Shown here: one piece after another, positions 31,380 to 45,870 of the stretch | Layout of the letters: the number at the start of each line of letters is the position of its first letter | Position numbering within the stretch: position 1 is the stretch's first letter | Made by a program: the position numbers and the translations under genes | Notes under the pieces: generated by a model | Told to the model about the DNA's origin: nothing | The model's input: the letters and a program-made list of their open reading frames with translations, nothing else | Database searches by the model: none | NCBI RefSeq assembly: GCF_009914755.1 | Contig: NC_060933.1 | Strand: one strand, 5' to 3' | DNA length: 64,000 bases | Source: the human T2T-CHM13v2.0 reference genome, Homo sapiens

Positions 31380-32430
31380 CAACCTATTGGTCGGTATTTT
31401 GGATACATACTGTGCCTAGTGTAAACAGTACGAATATCAACCCTGTGTCAGATACTGTACTAAGCACTATGATACAATTGGGAATAAACAGGTACCTGCC
31501 CTTAAGAAGTTTACAGCCTAGTGTAGGAGGAGAAAAAAGACTCTGTCTTCACGGGGATGTCATCATAGGAGGAATGTCTAACCCAGACTCTACAGTCAAG
31601 GAAGGCTTCAGGAGGAGGCAACATCTAGGCTGGGACTTGAAAGATAAAATGAGTTAAAGAAGTCAAAGGTGATACATGACAGGAACAGTAGGAGCAGAAA
31701 ACAGCAACACACACAGAAGAAACTGAGGGTATGGCACTGTGAAAGGAAGTTAAACTGTGAGAGGGAGTGGTAGGAGCGGAATGGGCAAAGACCTCTAGTA
31801 TCACTTGAAGGGGTTATTTTATCCTGAAAGCGTAGGAAGCCATTAAGAGATGTTTACACTGGAGGAATGGCGTGATCAGATCTGCATTTTAGAAAGCTCA
31901 TTCTCATTGCCATTAGAGTGCATTAGTGTGAACAGGACTGGCCTGGAGAGATAAAGTCCAGTTATACCAGGTGGTTGTACCAGTGAGGGAGAGGAAAGAC
32001 TGGAAGCAGACGCTCAAGATCTCTGGCTTAGGCTAATGAAAAGGCAGTGGCACAGATCTCAGACATTTGAGTACCTGGTTTGGTGAGGGGAAAATGATAG
32101 TCCTCTTTTAGGCATATTGATTCTGTTTCAGGTGCCAATGGGTTATGCAAGCAAATGTGGTCAGTGGACAGATGTGAAGTGCACCTGGAGGTCAGGCAGG
32201 AGATCTGGGCTGGGAATATGATTGTAGGAATCCTTCCATGTGACTGAGGCCCTGAGGAAGAAGGAGACACAGCAGAGCCAACAAGAAGAGGGAGGAGGCA
32301 GGAATCCTGCAGAACTCTGTGTATAATGGCCATCGAAGTAACTCAGACCAAAGAATATGTGGGTCTAACGGGCTTAAAGATCATAGCAGTGGGGGGTGGA
32401 AGGATATGGGTGGGTTTCAGAGACATTACA
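31380..32430 (-). mobile_element. L2 LINE fragments
   Basis: tgcccttaagaagtttacagcctag...ggaaggcttcaggaggag...gtgatcagatctgcattttagaaag...ggagatctgggctggga. Confidence 0.65.
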
Positions 32431-34927
32431 AAGTGATTCCAAACTCTCCCTTTGTGAAGCCCCAGGACGTCTTCAATTACAATAAATGCTTGCTTGCCCA
32501 AGCGCTTCAGAAAGCAATCTTATCATTGTGTTTTTGATTTAGAGGAGTATGAAAACAGTTCAGGTATCCCAAAAGAGAAGGCACTGCAATACCGCTATGC
32601 AAGGGAATTTTCCACAATTACAATTATTTAGAGCCTGAGGCTGAAATCCTGTAGTGTAAGGAGGTCTCGAGGGTGTAAGCTGTAAACAAATGGAAAATTT
32701 GATAGCCAAGGTGAATATTCATTGTTCCTCAATATATCTGTCAGATTCCATAATGAATTCTTCCTCCTTGTCCTCTACTTGGCCTGGAATCTGGTTCATT
32801 TCTTGACAGCCCTAGGGGAGAGCCTGTCTTTTCTGGAAAATCAGGATTACTTCTCCATTTTTTAACAAAGGCATCATCCATGTATTAGCCTCATCATAGC
32901 CGGTTTGCTGAATTTTTCCTCCCTGTCTTTTATCCAGTACCATTTTAGCAATTCTCCTTTTTCTGAATTAGTTTTTCAGTCCAGAGAAATTCCCTCTTAT
33001 AGCAGTTTCCCATTGTCAGGTTTTTCCTAATTGCCCTGCCTCTGGTTAATGTATTCCTATGACTTCCCGTCCTTACCTGAACTGACTTCTCTTGATCTTC
33101 TACCCGTGGGCACTGTACAGATAGCTTCCCTTACTCTTCAACCTTGCCCCCACTGTCAGCTGCTAACTCGCTCAAAGCTCCCCAAACCACCTATACATTT
33201 CAAATTCAGCATTTTTCACTTTACCTCATTATTGATAGCAACTTCGGTTAGGAGTGTTCTCAGTTTTCTCATGTATAAAATGGGGATAATACATGTTTAT
33301 TTCAGTATCTGGCAGATGGTGAGAGCTCAGTAAATCTTAACCAACATTTTTATTATTTCTGTTTAAGTCCCAGCTTCCATATTCTCCGGTTGTGTAATAA
33401 AAGGTTGGACACTCACTCTCGATGACCCTGTTTTCTCATTTGAAAAATGGGGATTGTAACACCTGTCTAGCTCTGAATTAAGAGGTTCCATATGAGACAG
33501 TAAACAAAGGCCCTTGCGTATTACAGAAATGTATGAGAATGTTACTATTTTGCAGTTTTCTTTGAAGGTAGTACCTTGCCTGGGTTATCACTAGGAAAAT
33601 CAACAGTAACTGCACAGAATGCTAGCTGGAGCTGTAGAAGATGTAGAAAATCAGAAATCTGACTTATTATAATTTTGTCACACATCTGCCCTTGATTACT
33701 AATGTTTGAAGGATACTCAAAGATTCTCTAACTTTTATTTTAGGTCAAATTTTTTCAAAACTACATAACGGAGCCATGAATACTTAAATCTCAATAAAAT
33801 GTCTTCTCTGAATTATTTAACCATATGAAACTATTACAATTAAGGCTTAATCCAAAAATGGCTATGGAAAGCATTGTTCTGTCTCATTTATAAAGTTCTC
33901 ATTGAAAACATTTGTCCATTCTTCTGTTCAGTGTTTATAAGGATCTACATAATAAACCCCACCAAAAACTTAATGTTAGGACTAAATTCAATACCTCTTC
34001 ATAAACAATTATTATTCTACTCATAATGCAATGCACACTATGTAACATATTCTTTCATTTGTTCTTAATTTTTACCTTGGTTTATTAAAAGGATTATATG
34101 GGTTCTGGACCTGGCCAGCCGACAAGGATTTAGCCTGGCTGGGAAGCAGCTGCTCATTTTCCCCTCTTATGATGCACCTGCATATTCCTCTTGTTTTCTT
34201 CTTGTTCCTGCTTTCCACTTATAACTTCCATGGCCCAGCTGCCTCATGACCTTGTTTCAATTTCAGCTCCTATCACGAACCGGACAGTTTCTTTCTTTCC
34301 CATACTTCAAATTCCTGAGGGAAGAGATGTGATTGCCAAGGCTGAGCACTTGCACATCAGTTTGTGTAGAGCCCCTGGTGCCAGCCCCATCATGTCTGCA
34401 GGCAAACTCAAGAAAGGCCACTGAAGAACAGGACCATTCCCAGCCCAGCCAGGACAAGGCAGGGTTGCTGCTGTAGAACATGAGATCCAGGCATTTTCCT
34501 TTAATGAGGCTTGCTCTTTTACCTTCATTTGTATTTTTGTTTGTTTGTCTTTTTATGGTACATAGAAGATGGATAATGTTTACCTCCAAGGCTTTTTTAC
34601 AATACAGATTTTTTTTTTTTAATGAAGGAGCATATTGACTTAGAAATCTTTTTGGGTAAACACTAAATCAACACTAAATCAAGCCAAGTTATTCTTTCTA
34701 AAAAATAAAGCCTAGTTAACTGTGAGGTTGTTTTTAAGGATCCTAATTAATGAAGATTCTACCATACCAAAAGGTCCCTCCAACACAGTCCTTAAATTAT
34801 GGAGTACCTGTGTTTGCCAGTGTTAATAGTGGAAAGACATAGAAGACGTTCTCTGTTGCCCTCTAGGATCTGAAGTCTAACTCAGTTTCCAAAGTGGTAT
34901 CTTACCTGTCCTGAGATTGGGCATGAG

Positions 34928-37703
34928 CAGTGGTGTCCTGGAGTTGGCTTACACAAGCTCGTGAGAGTTGATTATTAAACTTCAGGAACTTTGTGAACTG
35001 CTTGATAACACCACCATCATTAAAATTAAATAGAAGGAACCTACCTCAACATAATAAAGGCCATATATGACAAACCCACAACTAACATTATATTGAATGG
35101 GGAAAAGTTGAAAGCTTTTCTTCAAAGATCTGAAACAAGAAAAAAGTTGCCCACTTTCACCACTTCTATTCAACGTAGTACTAGAAGTCCTAGCCAGAGC
35201 AATTGAGCAAAAGATTGCAATAAATGGTGTTTAAATTGGAAAGAAGGAAGTCAAACAGTCCCTCTTTGTAGATGACATAATCTTTTACATGAAAAACCCT
35301 AAAGACTCCACCAAAAAACTATTACAACTAGTAAATGAATTCAGTAAAATTCTAGGATACAAAATCAACCTACAGAAAACCAATGGTGTTTCTATATACT
35401 AAAAGTGAACTATCTGAAAAAAATTAATCAAGAATACTATCCCATTTACAATAGCTACAAAAAATTAAATACCTAGGAATAAATTTTACAAAGGAGGTGA
35501 GAGATTTCTACAATGAAAATTATAAAACATTGATAAATTGAAGAAAATACAAACAGATGGAAAGATGTAAATTTCATAGATTTGAATAATTAATATTGTT
35601 AAAGTGTTTATGCTACCCAAAGCAATCTATAGATCAATGCAATACCTACCCAAATACCAGTGGCATTCTTCACAGAAATAGAAAAATTTCTCAAATTTGT
35701 ATGGAACCACCAAAAGACCCCAAAGAGCGAAAGCAAGCAATCTTTAGCAAAAAGAACAAAGCTGGAAGCATCCCACTACCTGACTTCAAAATATATCACA
35801 AAGCTATGGTAACTAAAGCAACATGATACTGCAATAAAAACAGGCAAACAGACCAATGGAACAGAAAAGAGAAGCCAGAAATAAATCCACACATTTATAG
35901 CCAACTGATCTTTGACAAAGGCACCAAGAACAAACATTGAGGAAAGGACACTGTCTTCAATAAACGGTGTTGGGAAAATGGGATATCCACATGCAGAAGA
36001 ATGAAACTCGACCCTTATCTCTCAACATATAAAAAAAAACTCAAAATGAATTAAAGACTTAAATGTAAGACCCAAAACTATGAAACTATTAGAAGAAAAC
36101 ATAGGGAAAATGCTGCATGGCATTGGTCTAGGCAAGGATTTTTTTGGATAGGACCTCAAAATTTTGCTTTTGTTTTTGCAAAAAAAAGCAAAATTACACA
36201 AATGAGACTATATCAAATTTAAAAGCTTCTGCATAGCAAAGGAAACAATCAACACAGCAAAGAGGCAACCTATAGAATGGGAGATATTTGCAAACTACAG
36301 ATCTGACAAAGGGTTAATTTCCAGAATATATATGGAACTCAAACAACTCAATAGCAAAAACTGAAAAATAAATTTAAAAAAATTTGATTGAAAAATGAGC
36401 AAAAGACCTGAATAGACACTTCTATAAAGAAGACATACAAATGCCGACAGGTTCATGAAAAAATGTTCAATATCACTAACCATCATGGAATACAAATCAA
36501 AACCACAATGAGATACCAACCCACCCCAGTTAGAATGGCTATTATCAAAAAGACAAAATATAACAAATGCTGGCAAGGATGTGGAGGAGGGGGAACTCTT
36601 ATTCACTATTGGTGGGAAGGTAAATTAGTACAGCCATTATGATCAACAGTTTGGAGGTTCTTCAAAAAATTAAAAATAGAACTACCATATGATCCAGCAA
36701 TCCCACTACTGGGTATATATCTAAAGAAAATGAAATCAGTATGTCAAAGAGATATCTGCACGTCCATGTTTATTGCAGCACTATTCACAATAGCCAATAT
36801 ATGGAAACAAACGAAATGTCCATCAATGGATGAATGGATTTTAAAATGTGGTATATGTATATACAATGCAATACTATTCAGCAATGATAAATCAATAAAA
36901 TCCTATCATTTGTGACAACATGGATGAAGCTGGAGGACATTACATTAGTGAAATAAGCCAGATGCAGAAGGACAGATACTGCGAGATCTCACTCGTGGAA
37001 TATTTAAAAAGTTATAGAAGTAGGGAGTAGAATAGTGGTTGGCAGAGGCTGGGGAAGGTAGGGGCAAGAGGAGATGGAGAGAGGTTGGTCAATGGGTACT
37101 ATTTTATGGTTAGACAGGGAAGATAAGTTTTGGTGTTCTATTGCATTGTAGTGTGAATATAGTTAACAATAATCTATTATATATTTTCAAATAACTGGAA
37201 GAGAGGATTTTGAATGTTCTTTCTGCAACGAAACGATCAGTGTTTGAGAATGGATATGCTAATTACCCTGATTTGATTATTACACATTGTATACATGTAT
37301 CAAAATATTACACTGTATCCCACAAATATTGACCATTATTATGTGTCAATTAAGAATCAAAAAAATTAAATCATATCAGGTCACAACTTATACTAGCAAT
37401 AAAAGTAACAAATACTCAGAACTCATCACTTCCTTGTAGTTTACCACACTTTACTTTTATCTCTGCTTCTGAGGTTACTTTATCTACTATATTTGTATGA
37501 TTTAAATACTATATAATAATGTGCTACTGCATGTTTCTTCCCAACACCCTGCACAGTGGCATCACATTGGCAGCTTGAAATCACAGATGATAGGTGTATT
37601 TACACCAATGAAATAGGCAAACACTACAAATCAAGGTGTTTCCCCCTTCCGCTTCCTGCCTTCCCAGAGAGCCAGTTGTTAAATATTTACCAACATGCCA
37701 CTT
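34928..37703. mobile_element. MER63-type hAT DNA transposon split by L1MA
   Basis: Left end cagtggtgtcctggag...gagagttgattattaaa; right part ...aactcatcacttcc...gagagccagttgttaaatatttaccaacatgccact. Confidence 0.8.
35032..37361 (+). mobile_element. 5'-truncated L1MA (about MA4-MA6) LINE-1
   Basis: ORF2 3' half remnants (SKKNKAGSIPLPDFK; MFIAALFTIA) and an L1MA-type 3'UTR; 10-bp TSD aaaattaaat at 35022-35031 and 37362-37371. Confidence 0.9.
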
Positions 37704-38779
37704 GGGCATATGCTATGCAAATTGAAAGTAAAACTTTAAAATTTGCTCAAATATGCAACAATGTTAGGTTTGGTTAAAAGATACTTTAAAAAATTGGGAA
37801 CCATTGCACTAATATTGAGTTACCTACTTATCAATCCATTCAATTTGCTCATCAGTAGCATAAGCATTGAAACCTTTACGTATCACCTCCTCTATTTAAC
37901 AGTCTTACTGCTAACCTTCTTCTGAGAAAATCTCGCATTGCATTTCTCAGGATGGGGAGAGGAGGCCTCTGAAGCTTGTAATTGTAAACCCACATGTACA
38001 CACCTGTACAAAATACCCAACCAAGAATAGCAGTACATTCATCTAATGATGGAGGTTAAGCTTTTTTGAAACAATTTCGACTTCTATTTAAATTCAGATG
38101 TTTTACTGTCTCAACCAGTACATATATTCTTGAATACAAATGAAGAAGTATGCTTTACTCCACATATTTGATTCATGATGACCTCAGGAACTGCCAAGCA
38201 AATTAATCCTAATTACAACCTTTTGAAACATTGCTACATTAATAGGGTGTGGAAAAGAATTACTGATTGAATCTCTCCTTAGTGTATTTTGTCACAAGAC
38301 ATTACCAAAGTGGTTGAATGTTTCAAATTATCTCATAAAACAACTGAACAGAGTGACAGCAAATAGAAATAAATTATGACCTAATCACCCTTGGAAAGTC
38401 TACATACAGGATGGGAAAGGAAGGAGTTTTGTGAATCTGGTAACCTGGCAAGATAGGCCTGCCATAGGTGGATTTGTGTGATGAGCTAAGGAGTTTCCCA
38501 AGCAGATATCATCCTAATGGAAAAGAGAACCAAGCACAAGCTCGGTCAGGAACGGAGCCAGGGAGGGGTGATTATTAATACATCAGAGCATCTGTCACTT
38601 GGATTAGCTCCTAGCCTAGTCCCCCACCCTATGTCTGAGTCCTGAGTAGATTTGAGGTGCTATAAGTAAAAATAGATATAGCTACTCAGGAGATGCATTC
38701 TATGATTTTAAAGCACATGCAGTATTGCTTTGAGAACCCTCTGCAGTAAAAGAAGGCTAAGGAGAAGATAAGCATGGCC

Positions 38780-41100
38780 CCTGTTTCACAATGGGATTCT
38801 GAACAGCTGTGGCATCTCATGGGTGCCTGGGCATTGGTGGCATGGGAGCTGGGGGGACAGGAGCCCGCCAAAGCAGCAGCTGGGCCCATCAGACACTGCA
38901 GTCTTCTTGGAAAGGTGGCTGGGCAGATGCATCCATATCTAGTGGGAGTTAGAAATAGACATCAGCTGTGGTTCCACACACCAAGCACAGGGCAGAGGGA
39001 GCTGAATCCGAAGAACAAAAGCAAAAATGATGCATAGTAACTAACCTGACTTGTTTCTGTATTCATCGAATGTACTACTTAAGGATTCTGAGAAACTTCA
39101 GGGAAGGGGGAGAATTTGCAGAGGCCTAGAGTTTTGCATTAGTAGGTAGTGACAAGAGCTTACAAAAAAAAAAGGGTTGCATTCTTTTCCTCTCATGTTG
39201 GAAAATTCCTGATGCAGATCCTTAAAGCAAAGCCAAGAGCACATTTGCACCCTAATTGCCAAACTGCTAGTCAGTTGATGCCACAGAAGCAGTGACTGAT
39301 GCTCAAGAGTTGTGCTGGTCATTGGGTTACTTCTCCAAAGAAGAGGAAAGCCATTGTGCAACTTCAGTGGAGTCCCTGAAGACATGTGAAAACGCTCACC
39401 ACGCTAGTTATCATGACCTGAGAATGCCCACTTTCTAGTGAGTTGAGATGCCAATGTGAAGATCTCTTTCATTGGAGAATTTGGGTAACACGTAGGGTAC
39501 TAGAAGCATGAGGCACACTGGGAGTTTGAATGGTAAGCTCTATTAGGAGATATGAGTGGGAAAAAATAGAGGGATGGTCTGTCTTCACCCCATGAATTAA
39601 TGAGGTTTTTGGGAGGACAGAGACAATGGAAATCCTAGGCTGGCTCTCAGAGGATAAGTAGGATGGAGAAATAAACCACTCCTCCAACACCTGTCAAGAC
39701 AAACAAACTGTCATTGTGAAAATGACAAAAAAGACACCCCCTCTGCATGGCCAAATTGCAGGGAAACACACCTTTCTCAGGCTGACAGCCCCTTACTCTG
39801 AGTACAGATTGGCAAGCAGGGAACATCTGATCTTCAATTCCTCAGTGCATTTGTGCATTGCACAAAATGCACAACTTCATGGGGGTAGTCCAGCCCAATG
39901 TAACATGTTATAAAGGTGGGAGTTCATTGAATGATTCCAATGTTAAGAAATAGGGGTAAACAAGGAAGAATGTGTTCTTGGAGGTATGAGCCATAGGCTT
40001 AGCTTGAGCTGCAACATAAAGAATGTGGGGCTGGAGCAGTAGCCTGGGGAATTAGCCCTTCCATCTGGCCCAGCAGTATATGCATAGCATTGTTTTGCAG
40101 CCCCAAACAGCTGCTGCTGTAAAGGACACAAAAGGCCTGGAAAAGAACTTTTTAGAACCAGGAAGTATCATATCCATGCCTGGAAAAAAAGTCATTGCCG
40201 GCCTGAAAAAGATCCTGGAATTAATGGAGGTCATCCCATCATGGCTAGGAAACCCACTGGTGTCTTGGTTGCCATAAGCTGCTCCAAGGACATGAGCAAG
40301 GGGCAGCCTCACACATTGCTGGGCTCCACATATCTACAACAATGATCCTGGCAGGTGAACCCAGAAGGAGATGGAGACTTTGAGAGAGCTGACATGGACA
40401 CATGGGGTAGCACACTGAGAGAAAGCCATGTCCACTACCGAAAATCAGCCATGGCTGAACATATGAAGAAATTGGAAAGAATGGGCTTGTCAAATTTATA
40501 TTTGCATGACTTCGAAGACAGAGATCTATTTAGGAGAGCAGAGTCTTAAACACCAAGCACCCTACCTGTTAAAGGAGAAGAATGAGTCTGAGAGCAGGAT
40601 GGTGAACCCCATCGCATTTTGTTTTCTGCCTAGAGCACCACACACACTGATGTGTGCACCCTAAGGGCTGGATAGAGGGGCTCAGGGTGGCATTGTCAAT
40701 AAGACCCACAAGGACTGTCACTAAACTGTGAAATAGTCGTCACGAGCAGCCATGCTTTTGAGCCCATCTACAGAACACTGTCACAAAAGGGGGCACTCTC
40801 TCCCACTGTTCAGAAACCCTTTACGATTTGGACACTTCAAGGGCTTGTGGAGATGCAGGTCTTTGGTGCCCTTTGAAGGTGCTAGAGCTTTTTTCCGAGA
40901 CAGTGGAATGAGTCACACCCTCGGCAGAGGCGATCCCAGGCCTGGGGACTTGGTGGAATCAGCACATGGGGCAGTACACGTAGAAACAGTCTGGCCTGAA
41001 TGAGAAGGGAAATCATAAAGCCACATGGCAAGAGATGGATTTATTTGTGAGCATATGTGAGCTACCCCTGGGACTTCCAGAGATGTCTGGGGTGGAGAGG
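38780..41100 (+). mobile_element. Ancient non-LTR LINE ORF remnant, RTE-X (L4/L5-like)
   Basis: Colinear degraded RT and C-terminal motifs: GPIRHCSLLGK (~RPISLLS.LGK), QLWFHTPST (~Q.GFR.G.ST), VFIE (~VFID), HIAGLHISTTMILAGEP (~ILG+H.ST.N.A+.GE.G), LPKI, KKLERMGLSNLY, LRFGHF...VPFE. Confidence 0.55.
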
Positions 41101-41354
41101 TGGTGATTTTGTACAGGACTGGGATCCAGCATGTGCACTCCATGACAACAGCCAGCAAAACATGAATGATTATATAGTCTTACTTCTGAATAAAACAGAT
41201 GTTTTCTCTGACTATTGGAACAATAGGTAAAAACTAAAACTTATAATCAAGTATGGTTTGCAATATTCTAAAAGTGCTCAAATTTTTTGGCGCGAACTGT
41301 AAAATCTAAAAATATATACAGACTGCTTAAATAAAAGTACATGATTCCTTGCCC

Positions 41355-41768
41355 ATCTGCTCAGGCCTCACTGGCCTTATTTGTCCCCTGCACATGCCAA
41401 GCTTGCTCTTACTTAGAGGTCATTGCACTTATGGTTCTGTCTGTGGAATCATGTTCCTCAAAGCTTTATAAGGTTGGCTCCTTCTTACCATTCAGATCTC
41501 AGCTTCAATGCCTCTTTTTCAGAGAGGTTTTCTCTGACTGTAGTCACTCTCTCGCATTATATAGTTTTATGTTTTTAATGACACTTATCATTAGCTCAAA
41601 TTACTTGGGATTTTTTTAGTTACTCGTCTATTGCCTATCTATGTCTGACAAAATGTAAGTACCAAAATACCCAGGACATTTGTTTATCTTGTTCTCAGTT
41701 GTATTCCCTAGCATATTAACGCCTGGCACATAATAAGTACTCCTTAAGAATTTAGTGAATTGATTAAT
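41355..41768 (+). mobile_element. L2a LINE 3' end
   Basis: cactggcctt...ccattcagatctcagctt...tcagagaggttttctctgac...gcctggcacataataagtactc. Confidence 0.8.
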
Positions 41769-44700
41769 TTCAAACATTCATTGTCAATTTCTCTGCAATT
41801 GGGAGAATTATTCATTATAGGTCAACATAAAAAATGGTATCTCGGCACTTTTTATCTTATTCATTTCCCAGGTAAATGAGAACCAGGAGAACTTCTGCCT
41901 CACATTTAGTATGTAATCTTGATTTGTTTACAGTGTTGACAGATCGTTTTCAAATTCAAGTCTCTAACATCTCTGTACACTATCACTTTTCACATATCAA
42001 TACCTTAACATTCATTTTGCTAGAACATCGTATGTCTCTATCATTCTGACTTTGCCTTTTCTAACTTGGTGCTGTTAAAACAACACACTATTGATGAGAA
42101 CCTGTGACCTATCAGCAATATAGATGGTAACTTTTTTACTACTTTAGCAACACTAAAATACTCTGTATATTTTATGGAAACTCTGATCCTCAAAATTGTG
42201 CCTGCTAAAAAATGTTTGTAACAGGGGGCTGTTTCAAGTTAGAATTCACGTCCCTCTTGAGTATTTTAGAAACTATGCATACCCACTGGTATTATGGCTA
42301 ATGTTTTCCAAATCCTTTTAGGTGGCTAGTTTGACACCGAATGTGCTTCTAAGACACACTGTTGAATCATCTTCATTGAAAAGCTTTACGAATAGCACAG
42401 GCACTGTCTGTGCTAGATGAGGTGTCACTGTACTTAAAAGCTGGGACATAAACCAATTCACCCCTTGAGATTTGCTCCAGCTAGGTGATATTTTTTCTGT
42501 CTTTATATAATAATTAATCTTCCAAACTGTCAAATTTTGCTCTTAACAAACAAAACTATCTCAAGGGAGGGAACAAAATTATATTAATCAATAATAGGAG
42601 GTTTCTTTTTCTTTTTTCCATTAGGAATACAGCAGAGTGACTATTCCAGTTTGAAAGGACATTCAAGAGCACAAAAGACCAGTGACTTCTGGGGATATTT
42701 CCTGATGTTCTTGGCACTTTTACAATTTCTGCTGTTTTTCCTTTTTTACGTAAATCCTCCCCTAGTAACCAGCATGGGGTATTTCTGAAGTTCATTTAGT
42801 GCCATTTTTCTGTATTGTCCAACAGATTGTTTCTAGTACCTTCTGATGTGTGGCAGCTGTGTTTTAACAATTCCAAGTATACCATATGAAAGTAATCAAA
42901 GACATTAACACACTAGTGTCCGCAGCTCTAGGGGTATTTCCTGCATGTGGTACTGGTAGGCCATGTGAAGTTGTACATAAATTACTTTGTTTTGTTTTTT
43001 TGGTTTGGGGTATTTTTTTGCTTGTTTTGTTTTGTTCTTAGCATGCTGAAGTGTTCTCTAAATATATGTGAACTCATCACATGCTTGTATTTGTGGATCC
43101 ATGATTCTGTGGACATAGCTAGCTACAAAGAGCATCATACAAAAATCAGCATTCAAGTATAATGTTTACAGAGCATAGAATATTTCACATATTAATCTGT
43201 GCAAAGTGATCTCAGATTCCCAAAGGAGGAAATAGTTAAAGTTTAGTGTTTTCTCTGATATAGTGTACCCTGGGTAGGGCAGTAATGGCTAACTACATAA
43301 CATCCTAATGTAAGCAGTTATTGGGAAATGTTTCACATACAGTATTTTATTATAGTAAGATTGCACTGTACTTAAAGTAAATATCCCTGGATCCCCTCCA
43401 AAGCTGAAAGAATGTAGTTAGGTTACAGAATCTGCTCACTCAGCAATCTGTCTTATAATAAATTAGGGTTTTGAAAAAAGGGCTGTTTTGTTTATCACAA
43501 AAGGTAGGGAGAAGTAAAGAGTAACCTGAAAAAAGTATACTTTCAAAGTTTGTCAATAAGGCAGTAGGTTGTACAATCTTGAAAGAATGGATAATCATAT
43601 GTACATTGTATTACCTCACTGATTGCAATATCGATTATATCATATAAGCAAAGTAGCCAAGGATGAAGCTTAGAAATTAAATATCCAGATGTGACAGGTG
43701 CCATCATAAGTCGTATTTTAAGATTTAAGTCTAGCTTATCGTATATACAATTTCACCACCATGTTTATCAAAAAATATACACTTTAATTGTTTTATGTCT
43801 CCTAGAATTTCAATGAACATAGAAGTAATAGATACATATATATAGATATAGATTATATAGCTGTAGATAGAACACGATTTTACTGTGCCAACTTTCTTGC
43901 TAGAGAAGGTATTCTTTCAAAACATGCTTTAAACAAGGGGTTCTAGGACCCCGTGATAAGTAGCTAAAAGCCCACATTTATCTGACGTTCCATTTCTCCC
44001 CAGTGACCACTACTGACAGAGCCTCAGCATGTCTGGCCCATGTAGAACTTTCACTCTTAATTAAAACAGTGACACCAAAAGCTTTTCATGATTCCCCAAA
44101 TGCTATTATAAGGTACAGGGTAAATGTTAGAGCTGGAGCCCCTCTTTGGGGAATAACTATAAAATTTGGAAGTAACATTTTCCACGCTGCTTATCCATGG
44201 CCTTCCTGTGGACTCCCGTGGAACTTCACTAGCCACTGGGCCACATCTAATCTTAACTGCTTGCTGAAGGAATCTCTCTGGAATATCTAACCCCAGAATA
44301 GTAGATTTTTCTAATCCAAAAAAAAAAAAATGTTTAATCTTCAACTCTACCTCTTCAATTCGTGGCTTTCTTCTGGACACATTTGTCCTACTTCTTTGCC
44401 CAGATAAGTACAGAGAAATCATGAAAAGTACCCGTCTGCTTTCCTACAGTGCCCTAAAAAGCTTATGCATTAACCATCCTCAACAGGGTCTGCATTTATT
44501 GAGCACTTACCACCAGCAAATGGCAATACCAAAGATTGCTTTTTAATCTAGAATGAATCCCTGTTCTTATCATGCATAAATGTGATCTCATAGAGAGATG
44601 GAGATGAATAGATTGGTAGATAAGGTGTTGCTTTGAAAGGAAGAGTTGAAGATTAGGATAATATGGAATCCTTACAGTCTATCTCCCTTATTTCTGAGCC

Positions 44701-44789
44701 TTAACTTAGCCTGTTTTTCTCAAGCAAAGAAAATTAGAAACAGTTCCTGAAAAGTTGCCATTTGGATCAGCTACTTTAATTTACTTCAC

Positions 44790-45200
44790 AAATTCTTTTG
44801 GGGATACTTAGAATGTGCAAGGTACTGTGCTATGATGGAGAGGTACACAAAATGGGGAAAGCAAATGCCTTTTCCTCTAGGAGCTCGTCATCCAGTGGGA
44901 GGGTCTTTCCATGTAAAGGAGAAGACTTTCAACTAGCAGAACAGCTGAGCAAAGACCCCGGGGTGGGACCTCCTACAGAATGCTTGGAAATCAAGAAGTT
45001 GATTGATTCAGCCAAAGACTAAGCTGTATAGAGAAATAATGAGAGCGGAGAGGAGAGAGGCACTAGCTATCAAACTGAGGCTGAAAAGGAAACCTTAATC
45101 CAGGCCGTGCAACATTGAATGCCAGGCTAAGCTCTGGACATTGCTTCCTAAGCAATAAAGGGGCACTCAAAGATTTGGAGGGACGATGAGTAACACAAAG
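44790..45200 (-). mobile_element. L2 LINE fragments
   Basis: tgtgcaaggtactgtgcta...ggagctc...ttgaatgccaggctaag...gcactcaaagattt. Confidence 0.5.
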
Positions 45201-45870
45201 TCGTCCGACTTATCTTTTTCCTATTTATGGCCAAAGTCTTCCATTAAAAACTCAGGCATTATTCAGAAGATCTTTAACAGCATCGCCAACATTATCCAAA
45301 TTTTGTTAGAACCCAGTGGTTCCAAAGCTAGCAAATTCACTATAGAGAAGGCAGAAATAATGTTGAAAATATGTATTTTCCACTTCAAGAAGCTGTGTAT
45401 ATAGTCATGATTATTCTTAACACAATCATGGAGTAGGAAAGGCTTGTCGCTGGTGTGTCTCCTCCACCACTCCTAGCCGCCTCCTGTCATAATGTCTCCA
45501 TGTATTCATCCTGTGTCCTAATCTCATCAGGAGGAGGGCAACTGGCCCTCCACCATCACCTAGACATTAATTGGCTTAACTCATGCCTTAATGAAAGTAA
45601 GGTGCAGGGTATTATATGAAACTAATGTTAGAAGTGTTCCGCTCTCTTCGGATGTGATTGATGAGGAGCATTTCTAATTTCCTTGCCTTTTCCTCCCCCA
45701 CCAACAAAAACTCCATCTGATTGTTTATCCATAAAGTTCCTGGCGACAAAATTCTTTTAATGCCATCGTTGGAGTTAAAATCACAAGTTGTCCAGGTAGA
45801 GAAAAATGTGGAACTAAATTTTTTTTAATAAGATGTAAAAGACCAATTCTACACCCTAGTGTAGAATAGT

